NCBI RefSeq assembly: GCF_001194135.2 | Contig: NC_068986.1 | Span: 68,616,670-68,680,669 of the forward strand | DNA from: Octopus bimaculoides | Lineage: Eukaryota | Direction: 5' to 3' | Length of the DNA: 64,000 bases | In this document: positions 13,665 through 26,202 of the stretch, in pieces | Layout of the letters: every line of letters begins with the position of its first letter | Numbering within the stretch: position 1 is the stretch's first letter | The notes under the pieces: generated by a model | Told to the model about the DNA's origin: nothing | The model's database searches: none | Seen by the model: the letters and a program-made list of their open reading frames with translations, nothing else | Made by a program: the position numbers and the translations under genes

Positions 13665-14140
13665 TGAAGGCAGAAAGCTGGCAGAATTGTTAGCAAGCTG
13701 GATAAAATGCTTAGTGGTATTTCACCCATCACTGTTCAGAGTTCAAATTCTGCTTGAGGTCAACTTTGCCTTTCATCCTTTTGGGGGTCAATATAATAAG
13801 TACCAGTTAAACACTGGGGTTGATGTAATCAACTCATCCCCTCCCACCAAAATTGCTGTCCTTGTGGCAAAATTTGAAATTATTATTATTATTATCAAGG
13901 CAGCAAGCTGGCTGAATCGTTAGCACGTTGGATGAAATGCTTAGTGGTGTTTTGCCAGTCACTACATTCTGAGTTCAAATTCCGCCGAGGTTGACTTTGC
14001 CTTTTATCTTTTCAGGGTCGATGAAATAAGTACCAGTTGAGCACTGGGGTTGATGTAATCAACTAGCCCCCTCCCTCCTCCAAAATTTCAGGCCTTGTGC
14101 CTTTAGGAGAAAGGATTATTATTATTATTATCATTATTAT
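13665..14140 (+). mobile_element. Two head-to-tail SINE family C copies with (ATT)n tails
   Basis: agctggcagaattgttagc / agctggctgaatcgttagc heads; gagttcaaatt B-box-like motif; ctttgcctttcatcc core. Confidence 0.9.
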
Positions 14141-14499
14141 TTTAACTTCACAGAGCTCTTGATTTTAATTGCTCCAATTAATTCTGTGAAAGCGTGGGCA
14201 GTAACCTGTTGTAAAAAGACTCACAGGGTCTCTTTCCATGATACTTAACAGCCAAGTACATTACTACTACTACTAATACTAGTAGTAGTAATTATCATTA
14301 TTATTGTGGTCCTTGGCAAGAGTGGCAGATTGCAAAATTTTAAAGCATCAAACAATAAACCTATTCACATACCTAATTGATACCAAGCTTGCTATATATA
14401 TTAGTGGGGTTCCACTTTATAATTTGATGTTTTTTACAAATTTCAACATCAGCATACTGATGAGGCAATCACTGTTTTAACAGACACCCTGATTAGTAC

Positions 14500-15400
14500 T
14501 AACCTTTCAAGTGTGAAGTAAGATAAAAGTGGAGTCTGTTGATAGTCAAACATACTATACTAAGGTCACAAGATTACCAAGGGAAATTATACAGGACACA
14601 TGCTGGATAGGGACACACATACACATGTATATGCAAGCACATTTAGGGTAGAGATTATCTAAGTACAAATCAGTAGCCTAAGAGATAACTAGCTGAGAGA
14701 TTGACAATTTATATCAGAGCCAAATGTGTTTATTCTCAGTTTATCCAGCTGTAGATAAGTACAATAGAATGATGGAAGTCAGTCCCTGTAAGCAGAAGTG
14801 GTATAGTAAAATCAATGATTAACTTGTAAGGCTTGTAGCACTTCAGTTCTTTCTGCAGAAACATGAGTTACTATCCTAACCTGAGAAAAAGTTTGTTTCT
14901 TGTTTGTTTAATCTTTTACCCTTGAATGACAGGAAAGGGTTGCATGAATATGTATCAAATGGGGGGGGGGGGGAACAACTCTTTTCTCGAGAGTAATTTT
15001 TATACTTGTTATCAGTTTAAATAAGTACAAAGACAATAATAATTGTTAATTTCTTGCACAATAACATTTACAATCTCATTATTGCAAAGTACAGTAAAAT
15101 ATTTGCTTCTCTTTGTAACAGGTGTGAGAATAAATTCATTTGAAATTCCTGCATTGTTGTTGTCAGACATGTACAAATGATGAGAAATCAGTGCACTTTT
15201 TCCATCTAGAGCTAGTTAAAGCATCGTGTTGTTCTATTCTAACTGGATCATCATCAAAATCATCATCATCATCATCATCTACCTCATCTAATAATGAAGG
15301 GAAATCAGAAAAAGAAACTTCTTCATTATCACTGGATAAACCTTCAATTTGTGACTTGATTGATAAGGGTCACATATGTTTAGGTGCATTTGGTGAAGTG
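14500..15400 (-). pseudogene. Decayed piggyBac-like (PGBD-type) transposase with internal deletion, stops and frameshifts
   Basis: Minus frames give an acidic N-terminus (SSDNEEVSFSDFPSLLDEVDDDDDDDFDDD), KYFTVLCNNEIVNVIVQEINNYY (compare YF..FF.DEI...IV.ETN.Y), LSFKGKRLNKQ (compare FKGR..FKQY) and DLYLDNLYP (compare LY.DNFYTS), in the expected order. Confidence 0.6.
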
Positions 15401-15446
15401 GATGTTCAGGCATCAATTGATGATAGCCTTATCCATGCAAAATTTT

Positions 15447-15526
15447 TGAAACATCAATTGATGTCTGCTGTTCTCAAATGAAACATCAATTGATGTCTGC
15501 TGTTCTCAAATGAAACATCAATTGAT
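15447..15526. repeat. 32-bp tandem repeat, 2.5 copies, built on the palindrome catcaattgatg
   Basis: tgaaacatcaattgatgtctgctgttctcaaa starts at 15447, 15479 and 15511 (partial). Confidence 0.95.
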
Positions 15527-15573
15527 AATGTTCTCCATTTAAGGATTAAAAACCAAAATTAAGTAGTAGCCCA

Positions 15574-15795
15574 TTAGCCTTTTAGCATCTAAAATCAGCC
15601 ATATCTGGCCCAAATATTCTATTTGGTTTATGTTTGAACCAACTAGATCCGGCTTCACACACTTACCCTACAGTGTCATTCTAAAAATAAACAGTCAATT
15701 CACTGAAATCTCAAAACTATGAGATAATGCAAGATTAATTCAAAACTGTGTGAATAAATAAGCATTACATTTGATAGCGTAACCTGAATACTAAA
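15574..15795 (-). mobile_element. piggyBac-type MITE, same family as 3283-3499
   Basis: Reverse-complement similarity (cttaccctacagtgtcattctaaaaataaac, gcattacatttgatagcgtaacctgaatactaaa). Confidence 0.75.
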
Positions 15796-15824
15796 TCTGA
15801 AGATACAAATTTATGGCAGGACAT

Positions 15825-15988
15825 ATACTCTTTTACTCTTTACTCTTTTACTTGTTTCAGTCATTTGACTGCGGCCATGCTGGAGCACCGCCTATAGTCA
15901 AGCAAATCAACCCCAGGACTTATTCTTCGGAAGCCTAGTACTTATTCTATCGGTCTCTTTTGCCGAACCGTTAAGTGATGGGGACATG
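15825..15988 (-). mobile_element. SINE family A 3' half, 5'-truncated
   Basis: tactcttttacttgtttcagtcatttgactgcggcc...ccgaaccgttaag. Confidence 0.9.
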
Positions 15989-16521
15989 AGATAACATTTA
16001 CAAATTGTGCTTTGTTGGGTATCTTCCCTATTTCTAATAACTCAATCATGAAGTTGGAATGAAGCCTGTTATCAGCGAGAAAGAAGGAAACAGATTTGAT
16101 TACCATATCCGAAGGTACCACGCAGTAAATAGTGTAATAAGATTTGAACAACTGACCCTGTGGACAATACGCCAACCCCTTAGCCTCATAATCATTGTGA
16201 TTCATCCTAATGATAATCTACAGGTAACTTCGGACATTGATGATGACTAATAAAATCTGCAAGAAGGTAGTTGAATATATAAGGTCTAGCATAGGATAAA
16301 CAAGTTGGCATCAGAAAAGAGTAATTTAGATAACTGGCTAACTCATTTTGTATCTATTTAAGGAACAAATAAACTTCAGTTATAAACACACACACAGTTT
16401 GGCATTTTAATGGATGCATCTGAATGGCATATATTTAGATTATGCATCCACGTGATTTATCTTTGAAATATTTAAACTGAAGTAATTATAGTTTGAAATA
16501 AAACAGCCCATTGAAACTCAC

Positions 16522-16635
16522 TCAGATATGGTGAAGTGATGGTACAAATACCTATTATTCAGATTCAGAAGTAAACTGACATTTTCATAAAAACAACTTG
16601 GAGCAGTTACTTCACAGTTTAAACTAACGCAATTC
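16522..16635 (-). CDS. Candidate internal coding exon, 114 nt, phase 2 to 2: NCVSLNCEVTAPSCFYENVSLLLNLNNRYLYHHFTIS
   Basis: Acceptor ctcttcaatttag|G, donor GA|gtgagt, only one open frame, length a multiple of 3. No recognised homology. Confidence 0.4.
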
Positions 16636-18049
16636 CTAAATTGAAGAGATCGTCTACACAGTGCATTTAACAGCTTGAAATTTACTTATGACTACAAAGA
16701 AATTTTCAAGAAATTCATCATCATCATCATTTAACGTCCATTTTCCATGCTGGTATGGGTTGGATGGCTTGACAGGATATGGAAAGCTGCAGGCTTATGT
16801 TCAGCTCCAATGACAACTTTGGCATGTTTTCTATGGCTGGCTGCCTTCATAACACTAAACACTTTACAATGTATAGTGAGGCTATCAAGTAGCTTGCAAT
16901 ACAGAAGACAAGAACAGGGAAAAAAGAGAAAGCTCCCACAACTAGGAAACAGGGACTATTCAATGGGGAAGAAGTGGCTTTATGCCAAAGCTAAGTGTTG
17001 GAGGTGGAGAAACTAGCAAAGAAGTATTTTAAAAGTTTTATGAAACTTATGGATATGATGAAATTATTTAGTTCCAAACCTCAGAGTGTTTGTCTCCCCA
17101 CAACATACAAACTTATTCAGATTTTGAAAGCTTACTAAATGATTTTTACCAATGGAAATTAGAACTCATTAACTCAGCTAGTTTTTATTTTACTATTTAA
17201 ATGAAATAGTTTACCAATGGCAGAAAATTGACAGTAGAAGCACAACCAACTAAATACCTTACCATGTCTAGTTTCATTTTTCTATGTCAATGTTCTAAAT
17301 TAAAATTCTACTGGAGCAGACTATACTTTCTATCCTTCCAGCATCACAAAATGAATGACCAAGATTATACTGATATTAGCTGAGTTGACTATGGCAGAAC
17401 CGTTACAGTATTGGACAAAATGCTGGCAGTATATAGTTACAGCCCTTTACATTGTGAGTTCAAATTCTGTTGAGGTCAACATTGATTTTCAACCTTGCAA
17501 GATCAATAGAATGAAGAGCCATGTGCCTCAGGTATATGATAGAAAAGAAAGTTTGTAAAATGTTTTTAACAACTTCTTTCTTATTTGCAAACTTGTGTAG
17601 TGATACTGGGAACACAAAAGGGAATTTAGATGTGAAACTGCTAATAATTATATATTACACTTGTCTGATCCTGAAAACTCTTTCAGATTTTCTAAGAAAT
17701 AATTGTTTAACACCAATCAGAGTAAAAGGTATTGATTTGTAGAGGCAGGATTAATGTGGTTTGGCTTTGCAGAGTGCCAGGGGAAGAGCAGAGAGGAAAG
17801 AACACATTGGTATGAGAAAGCAACAATGACAGAAATACAGAAAAAACACTTTGATAATGAAGGTTAAGAAGATAGATGAATAGTAGATTAAGTTAAAGGT
17901 GGAGAAGTGATGTTATTTAGCCCCAGGTCAGCTCTGATCACAAAAATCTATAAACAAAAGAGGTTTCAGCCATGACCATCCCACCTAACCAGAACAACAG
18001 GATATGATTTGAGAGAATTTAACTGCTAATTTTAATAGGCAGTCTCCTC

Positions 18050-18470
18050 AGTAGGGTTGTGAGAGTGATGTTTTATGGTGAGGTGGATAGGGGTGTATAG
18101 AGGAGGTATGAAAGAAGAGAGGGTAGGAAATTAAGAAAGGAGTAGGTGTAGGGATGAAGAAAATAATGAACAATGTATACAAGAAGCAGGAGAGTAACAG
18201 AAAAAGTGAAGGGTAAGTTGAGAAAAGAAAGAGAGAAATGGTGTTAAGATAGAGAAGTAAAGAATAAAAGAGGAAAGATAAGAGCATAAAAAAGATAGTG
18301 GGAGGAGAATTAAAAGAAAACTATAGGTATAGAGCAGAAGAGGAAACGACTAGCAAAAAAAAGGAAGTGAATATGGGAAATAAAAGCAAAGATGGAGAAT
18401 TAAGGTGTCATAAAATTACAAAATGCTTAAATCAGAAACTGAAATGATAGGAATCTACAGCAACGGACAT
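18050..18470 (+). repeat. Purine-rich low-complexity tract
   Basis: About 400 bp strongly enriched in A and G on the plus strand. Confidence 0.8.
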
Positions 18471-19927
18471 ATAGAAGTTCTATCAGTAGGTAAATGGTTG
18501 ATAAAGAGGCAATTTCTAGACTGTGCTATAAATTAAATGAAATTTTGTAAGAAGTTAGTCATGCAATATGTCTATGGAGAAACTTAAACTGAGAAAGAAA
18601 AGAAAGAGAAAAATATTTATAGAAAACATTTCCCTGAAGATTAAATCTTGTGCATAGAAACAACACTTTCATACTTTATTCAGCAAATTGCTGCAGTGTT
18701 TTATCAACTGATATAGATTTATTATATTAGTATTGAAACTGAGTACAATTAAACAAAGTAAGTTTTCAGAAAGGCAAAACCACAGCATAGTTTCAAACTT
18801 CCACTGAATTTATTTCAAATATGTTGCTAATACTCTTGGGACAGGCAGAAACAACAAAATTTACATTTTCAACCTTTTGAAATATAAAGTCACATCAATG
18901 ACAGAGACTTCTATGTAGTTGCTTCATTAACAAAATGAAATGAGACATCTAATAACGCAAATATGACCGCATCTGAATAATTGATCTATGCAGGGTTTTG
19001 AAAATAACGCCTAATATTTACTTCTTTTAACAGGTAAGAGTATCTGCTAGATTGGATAATGGGTTATATCCACTTTTCCATGCTTACAGCATCTTGTGAG
19101 TATCAGCTGATGCACTCAGCAACAAAGCAAACCAGACAATTTTGTAGGTCTTATAGTGGATGGATTTTAACATGCCAAAGTAGTTGTTTGTGGGTAGACT
19201 AAAGAATTCTCTCTATCCCTTACCATTTATCAGTTCTTATTCAGAATTAGTGCTTGCAAATGAGTAGCCTGCAAAGTAGCTTCAAGAACCCGTATTTCCT
19301 TTGTACATTCCAGTTTTTTGGCATGAAAGGTATCCGACTGGATACCTTTCCTATAACCAGCCATTTTACAGCAAAGCCTGGGTGGGTTACCATGCCCCCA
19401 ACATTAGCAAAGTTATCTGTGGTAAAACTAAATTGTCCCTTCTACCCTATATTAATTCTTATTTTGAGTTACTATTTTCCTAAATAAATAGTCTGCAATG
19501 CAGCTAGCAGAACCTCTCAGATGTTCCATTTTCTAGGCATGGACTCTATATTATCAACCACTTAGAGGAAGGAAAGGGCACATTTTATCAAATCATTTAT
19601 AAGAGAAACAAACTGTAATCAAAGAAGACCCCACCACCACTACCACCACCACCACCACCACCACCAAAGCTTCAAATATTTAAGGGAAAGGATCTGGAAA
19701 CTCGTGATATTTTGATTCTGTTTAAAATGTGTGAGTGATATAAGAGAAGTGAAATAACTAGAACATAAAATATTAAACCTGATTAATTGATTCCCTTTGA
19801 TATGTTAATAACAACAAAGAAAGATAAACCACTACCACAAGATTAATATATTCAGAGATTTGCAGCAGCAGTAGTAGTAGTAGCAGCAGCAGAGACAATA
19901 GCAGTAATTTTGCATCACTTCTTCCCT

Positions 19928-20870
19928 ATCATCATCATCATCATCATCGTTTAACGTCCGCTTTCCATGCTAGCATGGGTTGGACGATTTGACTGAGGAC
20001 TGGTGAAACCGGATGGCAACACCAGGCTCCAATCTAAATTTGGCAGAGTTTCTACAGCTGGATGCCCTTCCTAATGCCAACCACTCAGAGAGTGTAGTAG
20101 GTGCTTTTACGTGTCACCTGCACGAAGGCCAGTCAGGCGATACTGGCAACGGCCACGCTCGAAATGGTGTCTTTTATGTGCCNNNNNNNNNNNNNNNNNN
20201 NNNNNNNNNNNNNNNNNNNNNNNNNNNNNNNNNNNNNNNNNNNNNNNNNNNNNNNNNNNNNNNNNNNNNNNNNNNNNNNNNNNNNNNNNNNNNNNNNNNN
20301 NNNNNNNNNNNNNNNNNNNNNNNNNNNNNNNNNNNNNNNNNNNNNNNNNNNNNNNNNNNNNNNNNNNNNNNNNNNNNNNNNNNNNNNNNNNNNNNNNNNN
20401 NNNNNNNNNNNNNNNNNNNNNNNNNNNNNNNNNNNNNNNNNNNNNNNNNNNNNNNNNNNNNNNNNNNNNNNNNNNNNNNNNNNNNNNNNNNNNNNNNNNN
20501 NNNNNNNNNNNNNNNNNNNNNNNNNNNNNNNNNNNNNNNNNNNNNNNNNNNNNNNNNNNNNNNNNNNNNNNNCTCAGCCCAGGTCTTCCTGGGCCTACCT
20601 CTTCCACGGGTTCCCTCAACTGTTAGGGTGTGGCACTTTTTCACGCAGCTATCCTCATCCATTCTCACCACATGTCCATACCAGCGCAATCGTCTCTCTT
20701 GCACACCACAACTGATGCGTCTTATGTTCAGCTTTTCTCTCAAGATACTTACACTCTGATGGGTATTCACATTGACATTACACATCCAACGGAGCATACT
20801 GGCTTCATTCCTTGCGAGCTTACGCATGTCCTCAGCAGTTACAGCCCATGTTTCACTGCCATGTAGCATG
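19928..20870 (-). mobile_element. Young RTE-clade LINE 3' fragment with (TGA)n tail, interrupted by gap 20183-20572
   Basis: Minus ORF MLHGSETWAVTAEDMRKLARNEASMLRWMC...ERRLRWYGHVVRMDEDSCVKKCHTLTVEGTRGRGRPRKTW is the typical RTE ORF C-terminus. Confidence 0.92.
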
Positions 20871-21193
20871 ATAATATATAGATGGTAGAAGTAATGAAAG
20901 CAATAACTTAACATGTCCCCAATCCAGGCTTTCTCGAGAATTAGGGATGTAGTATTCACCACTATAGATACCATAATTTTAGCAAAAACAATTTATACAG
21001 GAAACCATCTTCTAGGTTACAATGCACGCACACACACACACACACAGTGGTAGAATTGTGGTCAAATATGCAACAAATGTTTGTGATTGTGTCTCTGTTT
21101 ATACATACACACATGTATTTATCATGCTTGTCATCTATAACCACAAGGGTATATTGAATACTTTTTATGTTTTTGTACCACAAAATAAATATT

Positions 21194-21231
<38 letters not shown>

Positions 21232-21873
21232 ATGTGTGTCTACACGTGTGTTTGTAAAATAGATTTTTTTAAAGAATTCATTTTTTTTAACAGTGACAAA
21301 CTTAAAAGCTGCTCACGCTATCAATATTGTTATCTTGTAGGAATTATACAGAAGTCAATCAATAAAACATTACATGATCTAGCTTGAAACTTAGTAACTC
21401 TTGTTACGACAGTTTTGAGCTAACGGAGTGATTTACATGTTAATGGTTGTATACACCACAAAATATATGTAAAATGGTCAACAGAGTATCATTATGAATT
21501 CTATGAGATCAGTATTTAGAAAATCAGTTCTGAATCATCATTGTTGCATTTAAAGGATAAATTAATAAATAATGGAAATATGTCATGATAACAAAGAGAA
21601 AAAATTTACATAAAAAAAATAAGCTTTTTAGTGGTTGCTCATCCTGAAAGAAAAGGCAGCCAAATCTCCAATAAATGACATGAAACCATCTCAAAAAATT
21701 ACACTGAAAAATGTCATCCTAAATGTCTGAAAAAAGATTGGCTGGTTACAACTGGTACACCTTTAATCATATATCTGCATGATGAGAGCCAATCTGAGGT
21801 TAAACAACAACAAAGGTCCACATCAATATATGACTTAAAAGAAACTACCATTGTAGCAGTGGTATATTTTATA

Positions 21874-22269
21874 ATGTGGAGGCGCAATGGCCCAGTGGTT
21901 AGGGCAGTAGACTCGCGGTCATAGGATCACGGTTTCGATTCCCAGACCGGGCGTTGTGAGTGTTTATTGAGCGAAAACACCTAAAGCTCCACGAGGCTCT
22001 GGCAGGGGTTGGTGGCGAACCCTGCTGTACTCTTCCACCACAACTTTCTCTCACTCTTACTTCCAGTTTCTGTTGTGCCTGTAATTCAAAGGGTCAGCCT
22101 TGTCACACTGTGTCACACTGAATATCCCCAAGAACTACGTTAAGGGTACATGTGTCTGTGGAGTGCTCAGCCACTTGCACATTAATTTCACGAGCAGGCT
22201 GTTCCATTGATCGGATCAACTGGAACCCTCGACGTCGTCAGCAACGGAGTGCCAACAACAACAACAACA
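21874..22269 (+). mobile_element. SINE family B, full-length, (CAA)n tail, 10-bp TSD
   Basis: A-box TGGCCCAGTGG, B-box GGTTTCGATTCC; ATATTTTATA at 21864-21873 and 22270-22279. Confidence 0.95.
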
Positions 22270-22482
22270 ATATTTTATACTACTTATCCAGGTGATGGAT
22301 GTCTCTTGCAAGTTATACAAAATTAACATATTGGTAGTATTTGATTCACTTATATTACTGAAATTAGAAATATGACTTCTTGTTATTGTTAAAGTTGTCT
22401 TTTAAAATAAATATCTGCAGCAAGAATAATCAGCGATTAGATCATTACACCTGATGTCACAATTCGCTAGAATATTACTCAC

Positions 22483-22544
22483 ATGACCAACAAAAGCTGA
22501 CCAATCACGACTTTGCCCAGAACTGACTCCAGCAACAATCTCAT
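22483..22544 (-). CDS. Candidate first coding exon MRLLLESVLGKVVIGQLLLV (signal-peptide-like), ends phase 2
   Basis: aagATG context, donor AT|gtgagt; phase-compatible with 16522-16635. A CCAAT-box-like motif overlaps it, so a regulatory reading is equally possible. Confidence 0.28.
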
Positions 22545-23266
22545 CTTTTTGTGCCTTTCTCTCTGAACCTAACCATCAGTATCTATTCAGCACATCTTAA
22601 CTACTTGACAGAGAGCATTGAGAAACAGTTGAGACAAGACAGCAGATGGAAAGTGAACAGACTTGAACAGCTGCTAAACAATGACAAATAACGACAGCAA
22701 CACAGGCACCAACTAACCACACCTTTACTGCTGTTACAATCACACCAAGAACAAAAACATTTGCACTCTGTCAATGTTTCGTTGTTCATAAGTAACAGCA
22801 GCATTTACCTTTTGTGCGTGAAAAGGATAAAAATTTTGCATATCAAAAATCCAAACAGATTTCCATGTTCTTCTTCATAACATAACTATAGTTTATCATC
22901 ATTATTTTCTATCCATGGGTTGGACAAGTCTTTTACCATCACAGCAGCTTGCCATTTGCAGTCTCCTCTCATCTCCTTTATGAGATTCAGCACTCTGAAA
23001 TTAACCTTAAATTCTTGCCAAATCATTCACTTCTGTAGGTTGCAATTATAAATTAGATAATTTTATATCTTAAATAGTCTAACAAGAGCTAGCAATGGAA
23101 TGTTTAGATAGGTGCAGGCATGGTTGTGTAATTAAGAAGACTGTTTTGCAACCACATGGTTTCAGGCTCAGTTCTGATGTGCAACACCTGGGAAAGTGTC
23201 TTTTACAACAGTCCCAGGCTGACCAATGCCTTGTGAGTAAATGTGATAAATGTAAATTGTGCTGGA

Positions 23267-23315
<49 letters not shown>

Positions 23316-23799
23316 GCATGTGCGTGCTTGATAACTGGTGCTGGTCTGTTTACATCCTTGTAACTTTTAATATGCAGCTGTCAGTCCACTGACTTTCTGT
23401 GGTCAAACCTCCAAGTCTAAAGAATGGGATCAGATTGCATGGACTGACTCTCACTTTAAAACTACTATGCACAGGCAGGAAGAAAAGCCCTGCAGTGATG
23501 GAGAAGAGATGAAAACAACAGGTACTGGATGATGCTGGCAGTCACAGCTTCAACTCCGCATGTTGGTGTGCTGCTCTTCCTCATGGTCTTCAGGCACAAA
23601 GAACTGCCATCATTTACAGCTACTTGATGAGAGTCAACCAGTGTTAAGTATTTACCTACAGCAGCAGCTCATGAATTTTTTCTTCTAGTATACCTGTCTG
23701 TTATGTCCAGTAGTCCTGATGTACCCACTGTGAAAAATATATTGTAAAATGGTTGGGTAACATAAAACAGACAATAGTGGATACCATTTTATAAACACC

Positions 23800-24017
23800 A
23801 TAAAACAGTGTGTAGTTTGTTATTGATAATATTTGAAATCAAAACTCTCAAACAACATATTTAACTAAATTTTCTGTTATAAATTCTGTTTACTAAAACT
23901 GAAGGGACACCATTAAAAGTAGTTGTTATTTTCAAATTTTAATATTTTCCCAATTTTGTGTACCCCATAATTTCTTTTATATATCCTGAGGATACGTGTA
24001 CCTTTGAGAACCCCCTG
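23800..24017 (-). mobile_element. hAT-type MITE end
   Basis: TIR CAGGGGGTTCTCAA on the minus strand at 24004-24017; the other terminus was not found. Confidence 0.55.
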
Positions 24018-26140
24018 GACTAAAGAGATTGAACAGTACTGGTGACACTTGACCAACTTCATTAATAGCACCTCATTTAGATAAAAGCACACTCATCTGT
24101 TGCCCTTAGCCTCACTTGTTGAGAGGCACAAATTTGTAGGCTTTAATACCAACATGGAAAATCAAATACTTTATAGACAATTCTATGTTTGCTATCCTAT
24201 GAGGCAGCTGAGTGATTAAGATGATGTAACAGCAGACCTCCTGATTTTATGTTCAAATCTTTTCTCAGCAAAGTACATTATTAGCTAAGCATGAAATAAC
24301 CTCAAGGAATATAAACGCACAGTTACTTCAGATATATTAAATTGCAAACCATATGCTCACCTATTCCCTTTACTATTAAAAAGCTGCTGAAGTAAATATA
24401 AGAAAATCAATGTAGGAATATAGCGAAATTATAAAACTAATCTTTAAAACACAGACATGCATTCTTTCAATCCCCTACCCTACCCCACCAGAATTAATCA
24501 TCTTCTAACTTAAGCTGATTAATATGCACTAGATTTAAACCCTTTTCTGACATAAGCTGACATAAATTTACATAATCTTACTTTTGATAGATTTTAAAAT
24601 TTCTTTAAATACATTTTAACCAAATTGTCTCTATAAATGTTGAAAATATTGTAAAAGTTTGCCCAAAACATTTCAAAGTATGTTAGTAATGACTAACTTG
24701 GCTGAAAAATGTTAAGAAATGTTTTAATTAAAATAGGGGCTAATAAATTTGTTGTTTTCAAAATACATTGAAAGCTATATAAATGTGAACAAGACTACAA
24801 TGATCCCATAGCAAAGAGAGGGAAATATTTATTTACTGACAAACATGATGTAATGATTGCCATGAAATCCTTATTGCTACTAAAAAGTGCATTATGATAT
24901 ACTTTGGTTGGAGGCTGGCAGCCAGCCATTTGCAATAAAGAAACAAACATGTTTACACTTGTGCACCAAATACTGAACTTAAATATATTAGCTAAAGAAA
25001 ATAAAAAGGATTTTGATCCTAGGAAACTATTTCTTGTCACAACCAAAGTTACTTTGGTAACTTCAAAATTCTAAATTGAAATTTTAAGAGAAGGGTGTTA
25101 TAACTTGTATTGTGATAGAGAAGTAAAGCTGCAAAATAGTCAAGACAGATTTTCTTACAATCCCCAAAACTAGAAGTTTAGTAACATTTATATATTTCAG
25201 GTATAAAGGCTCATCATCAGATATAAATAATCAAGAAATATTTTAGTCTATACAGTACCAGCCATGTTGATCAGAATGCAAACAGCAGCAGGATGGTGAC
25301 TCAGACAATGGTTAACATGGCATGTACTGTATTAACTAACATTTCTTGACTTTACTTCTTATGATGGGACTCTGTGCCTGAATTTATACAAAGGTTACTA
25401 AATGTTTTCTTTTGCACACTGTAAGAAGCTCTCCATCTCCAATATTTTATTATTTTAAAATTTTAAGTCTAGGCCTGAAGTGATGGGTCACATTCTATGC
25501 ATAGCATATAGATCAATCTCTGGTTGGAATGAAATATTTCAAATTTAATATTTTGACAAATACTACAAATTACCTTAAATGTTTTCAAGATAGATATCTT
25601 AAGATGTATTTAGTACCATTATGATGGAAAAATTACTGTTGAAAAATTTTCATTTCACAAGCAATTACTCATATTTTTTCTTCCATACTTAGAGGAGAAA
25701 AGAAAAGTAACCATAACTTTATCAGGCTCTCTTGCATTCATATATGACACACTTATCATCAAGCTATTCAGTCATTCAAAATGAGAACAGCCCATACCAA
25801 CTTCAAAAGGTTTCTGCAGTGTAACTAACAAAAAACCCTTTTTCTGTTCATATTTCACTTTATCTCTTCATGTGAGCACAGTAAGGGGATGATAAGTACC
25901 TAGTGAGTTGAGTATGCAACATTGGCTCAGTTCTAAGTTGACCCATCTAACATCTCAATCCTACAACATTTGGCTGCACATAACAGCCTGGAGATTGGAT
26001 AGGCTTCACCAGAATGACTTGTCCTTGACACACTACATGAAGAGAAACTTTCTGGTAGTGACCAAAAGTCCACTGAGAGTCGTGGAACATTTTCATTTAA
26101 TTTCTTCAATGTTCATAGTGTATCATATGATCATGAGTCT

Positions 26141-26202
26141 TCACAAGTTGTTACAGCATTCATACAGCTGGTTCCAGGTTGCCTTGGTGGTAAGATAACC
26201 AG
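26141..26202 (-). CDS. Candidate terminal coding exon, phase 1: GYLTTKATWNQLYECCNNL*
   Basis: Acceptor ttaattgcttttacag|; protein-like frame ending in TGA. The phase-0 frame (LVILPPRQPGTSCMNAVTTCEDS*) is also open. Confidence 0.3.

Noticed and set aside
15140-15481. 113-aa Ser-rich plus ORF
   Set aside because: Antisense shadow of the acidic piggyBac-like frame.
17261-17295. Minus exon with donor ATG|gtaagg
   Set aside because: All frames from the best acceptor contain stops.
18974-19033. Plus exon between tatgcag| and |gtaaga
   Set aside because: Stops in all three frames; kept only as an AG|GT site.
21874-21950. SINE B, A and C heads as tRNA genes
   Set aside because: They have A and B boxes but lack a complete cloverleaf and continue into SINE bodies with TSDs.
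22800-22835. Minus ttttcacgcacaaaAG|GTAAAT as a recursive site
   Set aside because: AAG acceptor and weaker donor; likely at chance frequency.
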